Positions 49,568-61,917 of a DNA stretch of 64,000 nucleotides are shown here, piece after piece. The stretch spans positions 7,042-71,041 of the forward strand of contig JAKOWJ010000280.1 of NCBI GenBank assembly GCA_029781595.1. The letters run 5' to 3'. Every line of letters begins with the position of its first letter. The first letter of the stretch is position 1. A program made the position numbers and the translations under genes. Origin of the DNA: Pseudomonadota bacterium. GTDB lineage: Bacteria > Pseudomonadota > Gammaproteobacteria > Burkholderiales > Usitatibacteraceae. The notes beneath the pieces were generated by a model. It ran no database searches, was not told where the DNA came from, and was given only the letters and a program-made list of their open reading frames with translations.

Positions 49568-50088
49568 TTTCTATCCCCTTTGCCGGTCTCTTCGAGCAGC
49601 GGCAGCACGCTCTGCCGTTCCGCCCAGTCCCCGGCGCTGTCCTGGACGATTTCCTTGAGCTTGATCTCTGCGTCGGTGATGTCGGTGATGAGGCCGAAGT
49701 TCTGCCCCATGTAGTTGCCCTTCTTCACGCGATACAGGGTCTTGTCGGCGCGCACGATGGCGTACATGTCCTTGCCTTGCTGGAGCGTGCCGACCATCTT
49801 CAGCTGTTCGAGCGGGTAAGCCTCGAGCGGCTCCTTGCGCCGGTTGAGATCGGGCGCGATGCCGCCGCCGCCGCCTTCCTTCGAGGTGATCTTGCGCGGC
49901 TTGAACGGGTCCGGGAGGTCGAATCCCTCGTAGGTGAACGGCTCGAAGGGCTTGACGGCCGGCAGCGGCTCGATCTTGCGCGGCAGGCTCTTCTCCGAGT
50001 CCTTCACGAACTGGCGCAACTCGTCCATGTCCGAGCTGCACGACGCGAGGGCGAGCGCCGCGGCGGGCGCGATCAGCCAGCGCTTCAT
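49564..50088 (-). CDS. pilP: Type IV pilus lipoprotein PilP
   Basis: Lipobox LASC, DPF, EPLEAYPL, GNYMGQN. Confidence 0.94.
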   Translation of the reverse strand: MKRWLIAPAAALALASCSSDMDELRQFVKDSEKSLPRKIEPLPAVKPFEPFTYEGFDLPDPFKPRKITSKEGGGGGIAPDLNRRKEPLEAYPLEQLKMVGTLQQGKDMYAIVRADKTLYRVKKGNYMGQNFGLITDITDAEIKLKEIVQDSAGDWAERQSVLPLLEETGKGDRK

Positions 50089-50729
50089 TTGCGGGCCCCC
50101 TTCTTCGCCTTGTCCTTGGCGGCCTTCTTCTGCTTGGCGATCTCGTCCTCGTCCAGGTAGCGATAGGTCTTGGCCACCGCCTCCATGGAGAGCAGGCCCT
50201 CCTTGTTGGGCGGGTCGATCTTCAGGTCGGTGAGCAGGACGATCCGGGGCATCTTCGCGACGTCGCTGGCGAACGCGCCCAGGTCATGGTAGTTGCCCGT
50301 CACCTTGAGGTTCACCGGCAGCTCCGCGTAGAACTCCGTGAAGTTCTCCGTCTGGCTCGGCTTGAACAGCTCGAACGACAGGCCGCGGCCCAGCCCGGCC
50401 TGGTTGATGTCGATGAGCAGGGCGTCCATCTCGCTCTTGTTCGGCAGCTGCTTCAGGAGCGCGCCGAACGACTGCTCGATCTCGGCGCGCTGCTGCTTGT
50501 AGGCCTCGAGGTTGACGGCGAGCTTCTTCTTCTCGAGGAAGGCCTGCTTCTGCTTGTCCACTTCCACGCGGCCGGCCTCGATCGCGTCGTTCTGGCCCTG
50601 CCAGAGCAGGAAGAACGCGCCGACCTGGATGGCCACGAACAGCAGCACGAACGCGCCGATCTTGATCGGCCACGGCCAGTTGCCGGGCTGCTTGGGGTCC
50701 AGCGTCCTGAGTTCGTCGAGGAGGTTCAT
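50085..50729 (-). CDS. pilO: Type IV pilus inner-membrane protein PilO
   Basis: LLKQLP, FYAELP, GNYHDLG, TYRY. Confidence 0.95.
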   Translation of the reverse strand: MNLLDELRTLDPKQPGNWPWPIKIGAFVLLFVAIQVGAFFLLWQGQNDAIEAGRVEVDKQKQAFLEKKKLAVNLEAYKQQRAEIEQSFGALLKQLPNKSEMDALLIDINQAGLGRGLSFELFKPSQTENFTEFYAELPVNLKVTGNYHDLGAFASDVAKMPRIVLLTDLKIDPPNKEGLLSMEAVAKTYRYLDEDEIAKQKKAAKDKAKKGARK

Positions 50730-51334
50730 TATTTGGCCCCCGCCTTCGCCGCGGCCGCCCGCGAGCCCTTGGTCTCCTCGGCCTTGGCGCGCTTGAGCGA
50801 GATGTTCATGCTGAACTCGTTCACCCGCTTGTTCGGGTTGTTGTTCAGCAGCACGGCCTTGATCTCGATGAGCTCGGGGTTCTCGAGGTAGGGCGAGGCG
50901 CCCAGGTTGCGCATGAGCGTCGAGACGCGGGCGTTCGACTGCGCGTAGCCCTGCACGTTGACCTTCACGCCGGTCTGCTTGATCTGCTTGAGGTAGATGC
51001 CCTCGGGAAGCTGGCGCAGGAGCTGGTCAAGCAGCTGGACGGGCTCGGAGCGGTTGCTCTGCAGCCCCTCGACCACCTGCTTCTTGGCGATGAGGGAGGC
51101 GGTCTCCTCGCGGATCTTGCGGATCTCCTCGATCTGCTTGTCCAGCTTGGCGATCTCGCCCTTCATGTAGGCGACGTTGGAGCGCTGGCGCTCGACCTGC
51201 TGGTCGAGGAAGAACCAGACCGCGCCGGCCGCCACCAGGCCCAGCAGGACCGTCATCACCGCGATGCTCAGGAACTGCTGCTGGCGGCGCTTGCGCTTCT
51301 CCTCCCGGTGCGGGAGCAGGTTGATGCGGATCAT
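50729..51334 (-). CDS. pilN: Type IV pilus protein PilN
   Basis: N-terminal INLLP motif plus TM. Confidence 0.95.
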   Translation of the reverse strand: MIRINLLPHREEKRKRRQQQFLSIAVMTVLLGLVAAGAVWFFLDQQVERQRSNVAYMKGEIAKLDKQIEEIRKIREETASLIAKKQVVEGLQSNRSEPVQLLDQLLRQLPEGIYLKQIKQTGVKVNVQGYAQSNARVSTLMRNLGASPYLENPELIEIKAVLLNNNPNKRVNEFSMNISLKRAKAEETKGSRAAAAKAGAK

Positions 51335-52428
51335 GACGGGTCGAACCTCCGCATCGCGAGGCCGCAGGCCACCATGAGCGACGGGGCGTCCATCGTGAGC
51401 TGGCGCGGCTTGATCTTCGACGACAGCGCCATGTTGGCGAAGGGGTTGGCGACGAGCGTGTGCACCTGCGTGCGCTGCGACACCATCTCCTCCAGCCCGT
51501 CGAGCATCGCGCAGCCGCCGGTGAGCAGGATGTGGTCGACCTTGTTGAACTGGGTCGAGGTGAAGAAGAACTGCAGCGCCCGCTGGATCTCGAGCACGAT
51601 CTTCTCGTTGAACGGCGCCAGCACGTCCGGCCCGAAGTTCTCCGGCAGGCTTCCCACGCGCTTGGCCGCCTCGGCCTCCTCGGACGGCATGTCGAAGGCG
51701 CGCGCGATCTCCTGGGTGAGCTGGTTGCCGCCGATCTGCTGTTCGCGGGTGTAGACGGTCTGGCCGTTGTGCAGGACGGTGACGCGGGTCACGGTGGCGC
51801 CGATGTCGACGATGACCGTGACGTCGCTCTCCTTGACCCCGGAGGCGCCCTCGCAGATCAGCTCGAACGCGGCCTGGGCGGCGTAGGACTCGACGTCCAT
51901 CACGATGGTCTTCAGGCCCGCCGCCTCGGCGGCGGCCACGCGGTCCTCGATCTTCTCCTTGCGGGAGGCGGCGATGAGGACCTCGACCTCGTCGTCCCCG
52001 GAGGGGGCGGGGCCCAGGACCTGGAAGTCCAGGTTGACCTCGTCCAGGGAGAACGGGATGTACTGGTTCGCCTCGCTCTGGACCTGGACCTCCATGTCCT
52101 CCTCCCGCTGGTTGCCGGGCAGGATCACCTTCTTGGTGATCACCGCGGCCGCGGGAAGCGCCATGGCGATGTTCTTGATCCGGGAGCCGAGGACCTTGTG
52201 GGCGCGCTTGATGGCCTCGCCCGCGGCCTCGATGTTGGCGATGTTGCCGTCGACGACGGTGTCCTTGGGCAGGGGCTCGATCGCGTACCGCTCCACGCGA
52301 TAGACGTTCCGGCCAGCCTCCGCGATCTCGACCAGCTTCACGGAAGACGAGCTGATGTCGCAGCCGATGAGCGGCGGCGTCTTTGCCTTCAGGAAGTCGA
52401 ATTGATCAGCGAGTTTTTCTTTAAGCAT
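51331..52428 (-). CDS. pilM: Type IV pilus actin-like protein PilM
   Basis: GCDISSSSVK, YIPF, DIGA, LTGG, ACGLAMR. Confidence 0.95.
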   Translation of the reverse strand: MLKEKLADQFDFLKAKTPPLIGCDISSSSVKLVEIAEAGRNVYRVERYAIEPLPKDTVVDGNIANIEAAGEAIKRAHKVLGSRIKNIAMALPAAAVITKKVILPGNQREEDMEVQVQSEANQYIPFSLDEVNLDFQVLGPAPSGDDEVEVLIAASRKEKIEDRVAAAEAAGLKTIVMDVESYAAQAAFELICEGASGVKESDVTVIVDIGATVTRVTVLHNGQTVYTREQQIGGNQLTQEIARAFDMPSEEAEAAKRVGSLPENFGPDVLAPFNEKIVLEIQRALQFFFTSTQFNKVDHILLTGGCAMLDGLEEMVSQRTQVHTLVANPFANMALSSKIKPRQLTMDAPSLMVACGLAMRRFDPS

Positions 52429-52604
52429 GGTGGAGGCTTAGCACCCACTGCGAAGAATCTACTTTAGATGCTAGCAACAAGTATTAGGAGTGTAAAGCAT
52501 TTTGTCTGGAGGGCTCCGGAACCCCCGCCCGTCTATAATGTCAGCCGATTTTCCCCGCCCGGCGGGGACCGGTTTGCTTGTCCCTCCGCCAGGCCCGCCC
52601 GACC

Positions 52605-54929
52605 ATGACCTCCCGCTGGTGGTTCTACCCCGCGCTCGTCGCCCTGTCCCTCGCCTTCGTCGCGGCCGGGGTGGGCGCGCTCACGGTGATCCTTCTGTGG
52701 CCGAACCTGCCTTCCCTCGAGTCCCTGACGGACTACCGGCCGAAGATCCCCCTGCGGGTCTACAGCGCCGAGGGCGATCTCATCGGCGAGTTCGGGGAGG
52801 AGAAAAGGGCGCTGGTGCACATCCAGGACGTCCCGGATGTCATGAAGCATGCCATCCTCGCGGCCGAGGACGACCGCTTCTACCAGCACGGCGGCGTGGA
52901 TTTCTCCGGGGTCGCCCGGGCGGCCCTCGCCAACCTCCAGGGGCGGCGGGAGGGAGCCAGCACCATCACCATGCAGGTGGCCCGCACCTTCTTCCTCACC
53001 CGGGAGAAGACCATCGCCCGCAAGCTCTCGGAGGTCCTGCTCGCCTTCAAGATCGAGGCGAGCCTCACCAAGGACCAGATCCTCGAGCTCTACCTCAACC
53101 AGATCTTCCTCGGCAGCCGGGCCTACGGGTTCGCCTCGGCGGCCAATGTCTATTTCGGGAAGAACCTGCCGGAGCTCACGGCGGCCGAGGCCGCCATGCT
53201 GGCGGGCCTGCCCCAGGCGCCCTCCCGGCAGAACCCGTTCGTCAATCCCAAGCGGGCCCAGCAGCGCCAGCAGTACGTGCTGCGGCGCATGCGCGACGTG
53301 GGCTGGCTCTCGGACGAGCAGTACCGGAAGGCCCTGGCCGAGCCGCTGCGCCTGAATCCCAACCAGCGGGAGACCTTCCCGGTGCGGGCCGACTACGTGG
53401 CCGAGATGGCCCGGGCGGCGGTCTTCGAGCAGTACGGCGAGTCGGCCTACGTGAGCGGGATCCGCGTGGAGACCACCGTCCGGCGAAAGGACCAGGAAGC
53501 CGCGTACGCCGCCCTTCGCCAGGGGGTGCTGGAGTACGACCGCCGGCACGGCTACCGGGGGCCCGAGGCCTATGTCCGCCTGCCCGCGGCCCCCGGGCCG
53601 GAACTGGACGAGGCCCTGGAGGAAGCGCTGCAGGACCGCGAGCCCATCGGGGAACTCGCCCCGGCCATCGTCCTGCAGGCGAGCCCGCGCGAGGTGGTGG
53701 CCGCCATGCGCCGCGGCGACCCGGTGACCATCCGCGGGGAGGGGCTCAAGTTCGCGGCCCGGGCGCTCGCCGACCGAACCGACCCCGACCACGCGATCCG
53801 CCGCGGGGCCGTGATCCGGCTCCAGGCCGGCGAGAAGGGGGCCTGGAGCATCGCCCAGATCCCCAAGGTGGAGGCGGCGCTCGTCGCGCTCGAGCCGGAC
53901 AACGGGGCCATCCGCGGCCTGGCCGGCGGCTTCGACTTCCACGCGAGCAAGTTCAATCACGTGACCCAGGCCTGGCGCCAGCCCGGCTCCAGCTTCAAGC
54001 CTTTCATCTACTCGGCCGCGCTGGAGAAGGGCTTCACCCCGGCCACGGTGCTCAACGACGCGCCGTTCGTGATCGACGCGGCCAAGACCGGCGGGCAGCT
54101 CTGGGAGCCGAAGAACTACGAGGGCAAGTACGAGGGGCCGATGCGGCTGCGCACGGCGCTCGCCAAGTCCAAGAACATGGTGTCCATCCGCCTGCTGCAG
54201 GCGATCGGCACCGACTACGCCCAGGACTACATCCAGAAGTTCGGGTTCGACCCGAAGAACCACCCGCCCTACCTCACGATGGCGCTGGGTGCCGGCTCGG
54301 CCACGCCGCTGCAGATGGCCTCCGCCTACGCGGTCTTCGCCAACGGCGGGTTCCGGGTCAAGCCGTGGTTCATCTCGCGGATCGTCGACGACCGCGACCG
54401 CGTGCTCTACGAGGCCAAGCCCGAGGTGGCCGGCGGGAACGCCGAGCGCGTGCTCGACCCGCGCAACGCCTTCCTGATGACCAGCCTCATGCAGGACGTC
54501 GTGCGCTACGGCACCGCCGCGAGGGCCATGACGCTGGGCCGGCAGGACCTGGCCGGCAAGACGGGCACGACCAACGACCACGTGGACGCCTGGTTCGCCG
54601 GGTTCCAGTCGACGATGGTGGCCGTGGCCTGGATCGGATTCGACACGCCCGCGCCCATGGGGACCAACGAGACGGGCGGGCACGCCGCGCTGCCGATGTG
54701 GATGAGCTACATGGGCCGGATCCTCAAGGACGTACCCGAGACCCAGCTCGAGCCGCCGGCGGGCATCGTGGCCATCAGCATCGACCCGGTGACGGGCATG
54801 CGCGACCCGGACGGCCGCGGCAAGACCGTCGAGTACTTCTACCAGGAGAACCTGCCGGGGGCCGGCGAGCCCGGCGCCGGGCGCGATGCGGCCCGTCCCT
54901 CCGAAGAGGTCCGGAACCAGATCTTCTAG
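52605..54929 (+). CDS. mrcA: Penicillin-binding protein 1A
   Basis: EDDRFYQH, GASTITMQ, SSFK, SKN, KTG; divergent from pilM; TATAAT at 52534-52539. Confidence 0.95.
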   Translation: MTSRWWFYPALVALSLAFVAAGVGALTVILLWPNLPSLESLTDYRPKIPLRVYSAEGDLIGEFGEEKRALVHIQDVPDVMKHAILAAEDDRFYQHGGVDFSGVARAALANLQGRREGASTITMQVARTFFLTREKTIARKLSEVLLAFKIEASLTKDQILELYLNQIFLGSRAYGFASAANVYFGKNLPELTAAEAAMLAGLPQAPSRQNPFVNPKRAQQRQQYVLRRMRDVGWLSDEQYRKALAEPLRLNPNQRETFPVRADYVAEMARAAVFEQYGESAYVSGIRVETTVRRKDQEAAYAALRQGVLEYDRRHGYRGPEAYVRLPAAPGPELDEALEEALQDREPIGELAPAIVLQASPREVVAAMRRGDPVTIRGEGLKFAARALADRTDPDHAIRRGAVIRLQAGEKGAWSIAQIPKVEAALVALEPDNGAIRGLAGGFDFHASKFNHVTQAWRQPGSSFKPFIYSAALEKGFTPATVLNDAPFVIDAAKTGGQLWEPKNYEGKYEGPMRLRTALAKSKNMVSIRLLQAIGTDYAQDYIQKFGFDPKNHPPYLTMALGAGSATPLQMASAYAVFANGGFRVKPWFISRIVDDRDRVLYEAKPEVAGGNAERVLDPRNAFLMTSLMQDVVRYGTAARAMTLGRQDLAGKTGTTNDHVDAWFAGFQSTMVAVAWIGFDTPAPMGTNETGGHAALPMWMSYMGRILKDVPETQLEPPAGIVAISIDPVTGMRDPDGRGKTVEYFYQENLPGAGEPGAGRDAARPSEEVRNQIF

Positions 54930-54943
54930 GGCGCCCTCCCGAC

Positions 54944-56583
<1,640 letters not shown>

Positions 56584-56611
56584 TTAGCACGGCCACCGAC
56601 TCAGATCGCGT

Positions 56612-56712
56612 GAAGGGTAACTCCTTCCCCGCTTCTCCTCCCTGAGCGGGCGCCTTAATTCCCATTAAGGCTTTTCAGCCCCGGCCTTAGTCCCCTTTTG
56701 CCGGGGCTTTTT
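56612..56712 (+). ncRNA. Candidate sRNA with serial C-rich stem-loops (sX13/suhB-like architecture)
   Basis: Four adjacent hairpins; loops include CUCCUCCC, UUCCCA and UAGUCCCC; the last hairpin is followed by a U-tract. Confidence 0.65.
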
Positions 56713-57307
56713 GTTGCCCGCCGCCCGCCCACTCCTCGATCACCGCCTTCGCCTCGGCCGTCCCGGTGCGCTTCAGGCTCGAGAAGAGCTGGGCCGTGGC
56801 GCCGGGGTAGATCGCCGCCAGGTCGCGGCGCACCTGCGCAAGCGTTCGCTGCGCGGCCTGCGCGGAGAGCTTGTCCGACTTCGACAGGAGCACGTGGACG
56901 CGCCGGCCGGCGGGCTGCAGCCAGGCGAGGAGCCTGCGGTCCGGGGGCATCAGGGGGTGGCGCGAGTCCATCACGACGACCACGCCCGCCAGCGGGTTCC
57001 GGTGGAACACGTACTCGCCGACCAGGGTGTCCCAGTGCTGGCGGACGTCGAGCGGGACGCCGGCGTAGCCGTAGCCGGGCAGGTCGACGAGCAGGGCCTG
57101 CTCGCCCACGGCGAAGAAGTTGATGAGTTGCGTGCGCCCGGGAGTCTTGCTGACGAAGGCGAGCCGGCGCCGGCCGGCGAGCGTGTTGAGGGCGCTCGAC
57201 TTGCCGGCGTTCGACCGGCCGATGAAGGCGATCTCCGGCGCGCCCGCGGGAGGCAGTCGGCGCGGATCGTGCACCGACAGCAGGTACCGGGCGTCCTCCA
57301 GCCGCAT
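56687..57307 (-). CDS. yihA: Ribosome biogenesis GTPase YihA/YsxC (EngB)
   Basis: GRSNAGKSS, SKTPGRT, DLPGYG, SKSDKL. Confidence 0.96.
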   Translation of the reverse strand: MRLEDARYLLSVHDPRRLPPAGAPEIAFIGRSNAGKSSALNTLAGRRRLAFVSKTPGRTQLINFFAVGEQALLVDLPGYGYAGVPLDVRQHWDTLVGEYVFHRNPLAGVVVVMDSRHPLMPPDRRLLAWLQPAGRRVHVLLSKSDKLSAQAAQRTLAQVRRDLAAIYPGATAQLFSSLKRTGTAEAKAVIEEWAGGGQQKAPAKGD

Positions 57308-57415
57308 CGCGACCGGCCTCAGCCCGCGTCCGCCGCCGCGCCCGGGGTGGCGGGTGCGGCCCGCCCTACGGTAAAATCGGGCGGTTTCGGCGACTCGACT
57401 GACAGAGGATCGGCA

Positions 57416-58033
57416 ATGCGTGCAATCCAGGGGTGGGCGGGGCTCATGGCGGTAGTCTACGCAACGCTTGCGCAGGGCGCTGCGCCCGCGCCGGCCAAGC
57501 CCGATCTCGAGCGCGGCAAGCAGATCGCCGCGACGGTCTGCGTCGCGTGCCACGGGGCGGACGGCAACAGCGTCGTGCCGGCGAACCCCATCCTGGCCGG
57601 GCAGCACGCCGACTATCTGGCCGCCCAGCTCGCGGCCTTCAAGTCGGGCGCCCGCCCCAGCCCCATCATGGCGGGAATGACGGCGGCCCTCACCCCCGAG
57701 GACATGCGCAGCGTCGCCGCCTGGTTCTCGAAACAGGTGACGAAGCCGTCCGCCGCCAAGGACAAGGCGCTGGCGTTGCGCGGCCAGCAGATCTGGCGCG
57801 GCGGCATTCCGCAGGGCAACGTTCCGGCCTGCGCGGGGTGCCACGGCGCCGCCGGCGCGGGAATCCCCTCGCAATACCCGCGGCTCGCGGGCCAGTACGC
57901 CGACCTCACGCTGGGCTGGCTGAAGGCCTTCGCGGGTGGCGGCCGTCCCCACCCGGTCATGTCTCCCATCGCCTCCCGCCTGTCGGAGGCCGACATGAAG
58001 GCGGTGGCGGAGTACGCCGCCGGCCTGCGCTAG
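57416..58033 (+). CDS. Diheme cytochrome c4
   Basis: Signal peptide, CVACH and CAGCH heme motifs, PxLAGQ repeats; divergent from yihA. Confidence 0.93.
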   Translation: MRAIQGWAGLMAVVYATLAQGAAPAPAKPDLERGKQIAATVCVACHGADGNSVVPANPILAGQHADYLAAQLAAFKSGARPSPIMAGMTAALTPEDMRSVAAWFSKQVTKPSAAKDKALALRGQQIWRGGIPQGNVPACAGCHGAAGAGIPSQYPRLAGQYADLTLGWLKAFAGGGRPHPVMSPIASRLSEADMKAVAEYAAGLR

Positions 58034-59163
58034 TCCGGCCCGGCGTCCGCGGCCGGACCGGCCGCCTCCGTGTAGCGATTGCGCCCCGCGCGCTTGGAGC
58101 GGTAGAGGGCCTCGTCCGCCTCCCGAACGAGCGATTCCGCGTCGGGCGACGGGCCGGGAAGGAAGGCGCCGCCGATGCTCGCGCTCACCCCGACGCTCTG
58201 CGCGCCCAGGTCGCAGGGCGCGGCCAGGGTCTCCAGGAGCTTGCCCGCCACCGCGCGCGCGCCCTCGCGGTCCGTGTCCGGCAGCAGGACGAGGAACTCG
58301 TCGCCTCCCAGGCGCCCGACCGTGTCCGATTCGCGCACGCAGGCGCGCGCGCGCTTCGCCACGGCCACGAGCAGCGCATCGCCCGCGGCGTGGCCCAGCG
58401 TGTCGTTCACGCCCTTGAATCCGTCCAGGTCGAAGAGGAGCACCGCCAGGGGCGAGGCGTTGCGCCGCGACTGGGCGACCAGGCGCGCGAGGCGGTCGTC
58501 GAGCAGGCCGCGGTTCGCGAGTCCCGTGAGGATGTCGAAGTGGGCGAGCTGCTCGATGCGCGCCGCGTCGCGCCGCGCCCGCACGAGCGACTGGCGAAGG
58601 GCGACGGCGATGCCGATGAGCACGGTGATCGTCCCCGCCACCAGCGCAAGGACGCGCACCTCGCGTCCGGCCCAGAGCTGGATGCGCTCGGAGGTGCGGC
58701 GGTTGACCTCGGCGGAGGCCCGCGCCGAGGCGGCCCGCACCGCCCGGAAGGCGGCCGTCTCGGCCTCCTCCAGCGGCAGCGCCCGGGCACCCGCCGCGGC
58801 CTGGCCCGCCGCGAGCGTCGCCTGCGAGACGTAGTCGCGCACCACGGGCTCCATCGCCGCCAGTGCGGGCGCCACGTCGCCGCGCTCGGCGGCCTTCGCC
58901 CGCAGGTAGTCGAGTTCGGCCTCCAGCTCGATGCGCGCGGCGACGAAGTCGGGCTCCGAGCCGCCGCGCAGCGCGTAGCGCAGGCGGTGCAGGCCGTCGC
59001 CCAGCGACGCGAGCCCGTCCTTCACCGCCTGGATCGCCTGCACCTCCCGCGAGAGCTCCGTCTCGCGGGACATGTCCTGGTAGAGCAGGGCCGCGAGCAC
59101 CGTGATGGTGACCGCGGCGAGCCCGAGTCCCGCGCCGGCGATCCGGCCTGCGAGGGGCGGCAC
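58030..59163 (-). CDS. Membrane diguanylate cyclase (2 TM, GGDEF)
   Basis: DILTGLANR, DLDGFKGVND, RESD I-site, GGDEF, ADEALY. Confidence 0.92.
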   Translation of the reverse strand: MPPLAGRIAGAGLGLAAVTITVLAALLYQDMSRETELSREVQAIQAVKDGLASLGDGLHRLRYALRGGSEPDFVAARIELEAELDYLRAKAAERGDVAPALAAMEPVVRDYVSQATLAAGQAAAGARALPLEEAETAAFRAVRAASARASAEVNRRTSERIQLWAGREVRVLALVAGTITVLIGIAVALRQSLVRARRDAARIEQLAHFDILTGLANRGLLDDRLARLVAQSRRNASPLAVLLFDLDGFKGVNDTLGHAAGDALLVAVAKRARACVRESDTVGRLGGDEFLVLLPDTDREGARAVAGKLLETLAAPCDLGAQSVGVSASIGGAFLPGPSPDAESLVREADEALYRSKRAGRNRYTEAAGPAADAGPD

Positions 59164-59170
59164 CGGCGGG

Positions 59171-60460
59171 CTAGGCCGCGCGCGCCTCGGCGAACGCCTC
59201 GCGCGCCGCCGCGAAGGTCGCCTCGAGTTCGGCCGCGCCGTGCGCTGCCGACACGAAGCCGGCCTCGTAGGCCGAGGGTGCCAGGTAGACGCCGCGCCGC
59301 AGCATCGCGTGGAAGAAGCGGTTGAAGGCCTCCTTGTCGCAGGCCATCACCTCGGAGAAGGAGGCGGGCGGCGCCGCACGGAAGAACAGGCCGAACATGC
59401 CGCCCAGGCTCGTGGCGCTGAACGGGACCCCGGCCTTCCCGGCTTCCTTCGCGAGGCCCGCCACCAGCGCCGCGGTGGTCGCCGACAGCGCGTCGAAGAA
59501 CCCGGGGGCGAGCACGCGCCGCAGCGTCGCCAGGCCCGCGGTCACGGCGACCGGGTTGCCGGAAAGCGTTCCCGCCTGGTACACCGGCCCCACGGGCGCG
59601 AGGCAGGCCATGATGTCGTGCCTCCCGCCGAACGCGCCGACCGGCATGCCCCCGCCGATCACCTTGCCCAGCGTGGTGAGGTCCGGGCTCACGCCGAAGA
59701 CGCCCTGCGCACCGGCCGGGCCCACGCGAAAGCCCGTCATCACCTCGTCGAAGATGAGCACCGCGCCGTCCCGCGTGCACAGGCGGCGCAGCGTCTCGAC
59801 GAAGGCCTGCGAGGGACGCACGAAATTCATGTTGCCCGCCACCGGCTCGAGCACCACCGCGGCGATCTCCCGGCCGTAGCGCGCGAAGGCGTCCTCGACC
59901 TGCTGCGGGTCGTTGTAGTCGAGCACGAGCGTGCGCGACGTGAGCTCGGCGGGCACGCCGGCCGACGTGGGGTTGCCGAACGTGAGCGCGCCCGAGCCCG
60001 CCTTCACCAGCAGGAAGTCGCTGTGGCCGTGGTAGCAGCCCTCGAACTTCACGATGAGCGAGCGCCCCGTGAAGCCGCGCGCCAGCCGCAGGGCGCTCAT
60101 CACCGCCTCCGTCCCGGAGCTCACCAGTCGCACCTGCTCCACCGAGGGCAGGGCCCGCGTGAGGAGCTCGGCCATCTCCAGCTCCAGCCGCGTGGGCGCG
60201 CCGAAGGACAGGCCGCGCGCGGCCGCGGCGGCCACCTCCGCGAGCACCTCGGGGTGGGCGTGGCCCAGGATCATCGGCCCCCAGGAGCCCACGTAGTCGA
60301 CGTAGCGGTTGCCGTCCTCGTCGACGAGCCAGGCCCCCTGGCCCTCGCGGAAGAAGACCGGCGTGCCGCCGACGGCGCGGAAGGCGCGCACCGGGGAGTT
60401 CACGCCTCCGGGGATGACGCGCTGCGAGGCCTCAAACAGCTGCTGGCTGCGATCGAACAT
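59171..60460 (-). CDS. hemL: Glutamate-1-semialdehyde 2,1-aminomutase
   Basis: [29 protein letters not shown]. Confidence 0.97.
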   Translation of the reverse strand: MFDRSQQLFEASQRVIPGGVNSPVRAFRAVGGTPVFFREGQGAWLVDEDGNRYVDYVGSWGPMILGHAHPEVLAEVAAAAARGLSFGAPTRLELEMAELLTRALPSVEQVRLVSSGTEAVMSALRLARGFTGRSLIVKFEGCYHGHSDFLLVKAGSGALTFGNPTSAGVPAELTSRTLVLDYNDPQQVEDAFARYGREIAAVVLEPVAGNMNFVRPSQAFVETLRRLCTRDGAVLIFDEVMTGFRVGPAGAQGVFGVSPDLTTLGKVIGGGMPVGAFGGRHDIMACLAPVGPVYQAGTLSGNPVAVTAGLATLRRVLAPGFFDALSATTAALVAGLAKEAGKAGVPFSATSLGGMFGLFFRAAPPASFSEVMACDKEAFNRFFHAMLRRGVYLAPSAYEAGFVSAAHGAAELEATFAAAREAFAEARAA

Positions 60461-61097
60461 GGTGAGCACCATCCGTGTCGAAGGGTCGGGAGAGGGCGCT
60501 CGCCGCGGCGCGCACGTCGGGCGAGTCGAAGAGCGAGGAGATGACGGCGAGCATGTCGGCGCCGGCGGCCACGGCGTCGGCCGCGTTGGCCGGTGTGATT
60601 CCGCCGATCGCCGCCACGGGCAGGCCACCAGCCTGGCGGGCGGCGGCGAGCACCGCGGTGCCGCAGACGGGAGCCCGGGGCTTGGTCGCGGACGCGAAGA
60701 CACTGCCGATGCCGACGTAGTCGGCGCCCGCCCGGGCCGCGGCGGCGGCGCGCGCGGGATCCGCGTAGCAGGAGACGCCGAGGATCGCCTCCGGCAGGCG
60801 CGCTCTCGCCTCGCGCGGGTCCGCGTCGTCCCGGCCGAGGTGCACGCCGTCGGCCCCGAGGCGCGCGGCGAGCGCCACGTCGTCGTTCACGATGAAGGTG
60901 GCCCCGCGCGCGCGGCAGAGCGCGAGCAGGGCACCGGCCTGCGACAGGCGCAAGCCCGCGTCCAGGGTCTTGGCGCGGTACTGGACGAGTCTCGCGCCGC
61001 CCGCGAGGGCCTCGCCCACGAGCGCGAGGAGACGCTCGCCGTCGGCCATCTCCGGCGTGACCGCGTACAGGCCGCGCAGGCGCTCAAGGCGCCTCAT
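60432..61097 (-). CDS. thiE: Thiamine-phosphate synthase
   Basis: GLYAVT, QYRAK, IVND, GVHLG, SATK, AIGGI. Confidence 0.93.
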   Translation of the reverse strand: MRRLERLRGLYAVTPEMADGERLLALVGEALAGGARLVQYRAKTLDAGLRLSQAGALLALCRARGATFIVNDDVALAARLGADGVHLGRDDADPREARARLPEAILGVSCYADPARAAAAARAGADYVGIGSVFASATKPRAPVCGTAVLAAARQAGGLPVAAIGGITPANAADAVAAGADMLAVISSLFDSPDVRAAASALSRPFDTDGAHHVRSQPAAV

Positions 61098-61917
61098 CGT
61101 CCTCCTCGTCGTCCCGCGCCCAGAAGAGGCGGTCGGGAATGTGCTGCCCCATCCCGGGCCGGAAGGCGCGGGAGAGCGCCTGCCAGGTGTAGTCCTGCGC
61201 CTCGTGGACGGCCTGGGCCATGTCGAGGCCCCGGGCGAGGTTCGCGGCGATCGCCGAGGCGAGGGTGCAGCCCGAGCCGTGGTAGCTGCCCGGCAGGCGC
61301 TGCCACGTGTCGGACCGGACGATGCCGTCGCGGTGGTGGAGGGTGTTCACCACCGAGGCGGTGGCGTCGTGCGTGCCCGTGACGAGGACGTACTCGCAGC
61401 CGGCATCGAGAAGGCGCCTCGCGCACTCCGCGTGGTCCGGGTCCTCGTCCTCCTCGACGTCGGCGAGCCGGCGAAGCTCCGGGACGTTCGGGGTGACCAC
61501 CGTGCTCTGCGGCACCAGCAGTTCCCGCAGGGCCGCGACGAGGTCCTCGCCGCCGAACTCGTCACCCCGCCCCGAGGCGAGCACCGGGTCGAGCACGAGC
61601 GGGATGTCCGGGTAGTCGGACACCACCTCCGCCACGACCGTGGCGATCTCCGCCGAGGCGAGGACCCCCACCTTGAACGCGACCACGGGGATGTCCTCGA
61701 GGATGCAGCGGGCCTGGTCCGCGACCCAGTCCGGGTCGAGCGCGAGGAAGGACTCCACGCCCGCGCTGTCCTGCACGGTGACGGCGGTCACGACCGACAG
61801 GGGATGGCAGCCCATGCTGGCGAGCGTGAGGATGTCCGCCTGCAGGCCCGCGCCGGAGGTCGGGTCGGTGGCGGCGAAGGAGAGGACGGCTGGCGGGACG
61901 AATGCGGAGGCGGGCAT
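61084..61917 (-). CDS. thiD: Hydroxymethylpyrimidine/phosphomethylpyrimidine kinase family protein
   Basis: [28 protein letters not shown]. Confidence 0.85.
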   Translation of the reverse strand: MPASAFVPPAVLSFAATDPTSGAGLQADILTLASMGCHPLSVVTAVTVQDSAGVESFLALDPDWVADQARCILEDIPVVAFKVGVLASAEIATVVAEVVSDYPDIPLVLDPVLASGRGDEFGGEDLVAALRELLVPQSTVVTPNVPELRRLADVEEDEDPDHAECARRLLDAGCEYVLVTGTHDATASVVNTLHHRDGIVRSDTWQRLPGSYHGSGCTLASAIAANLARGLDMAQAVHEAQDYTWQALSRAFRPGMGQHIPDRLFWARDDEEDDEAP

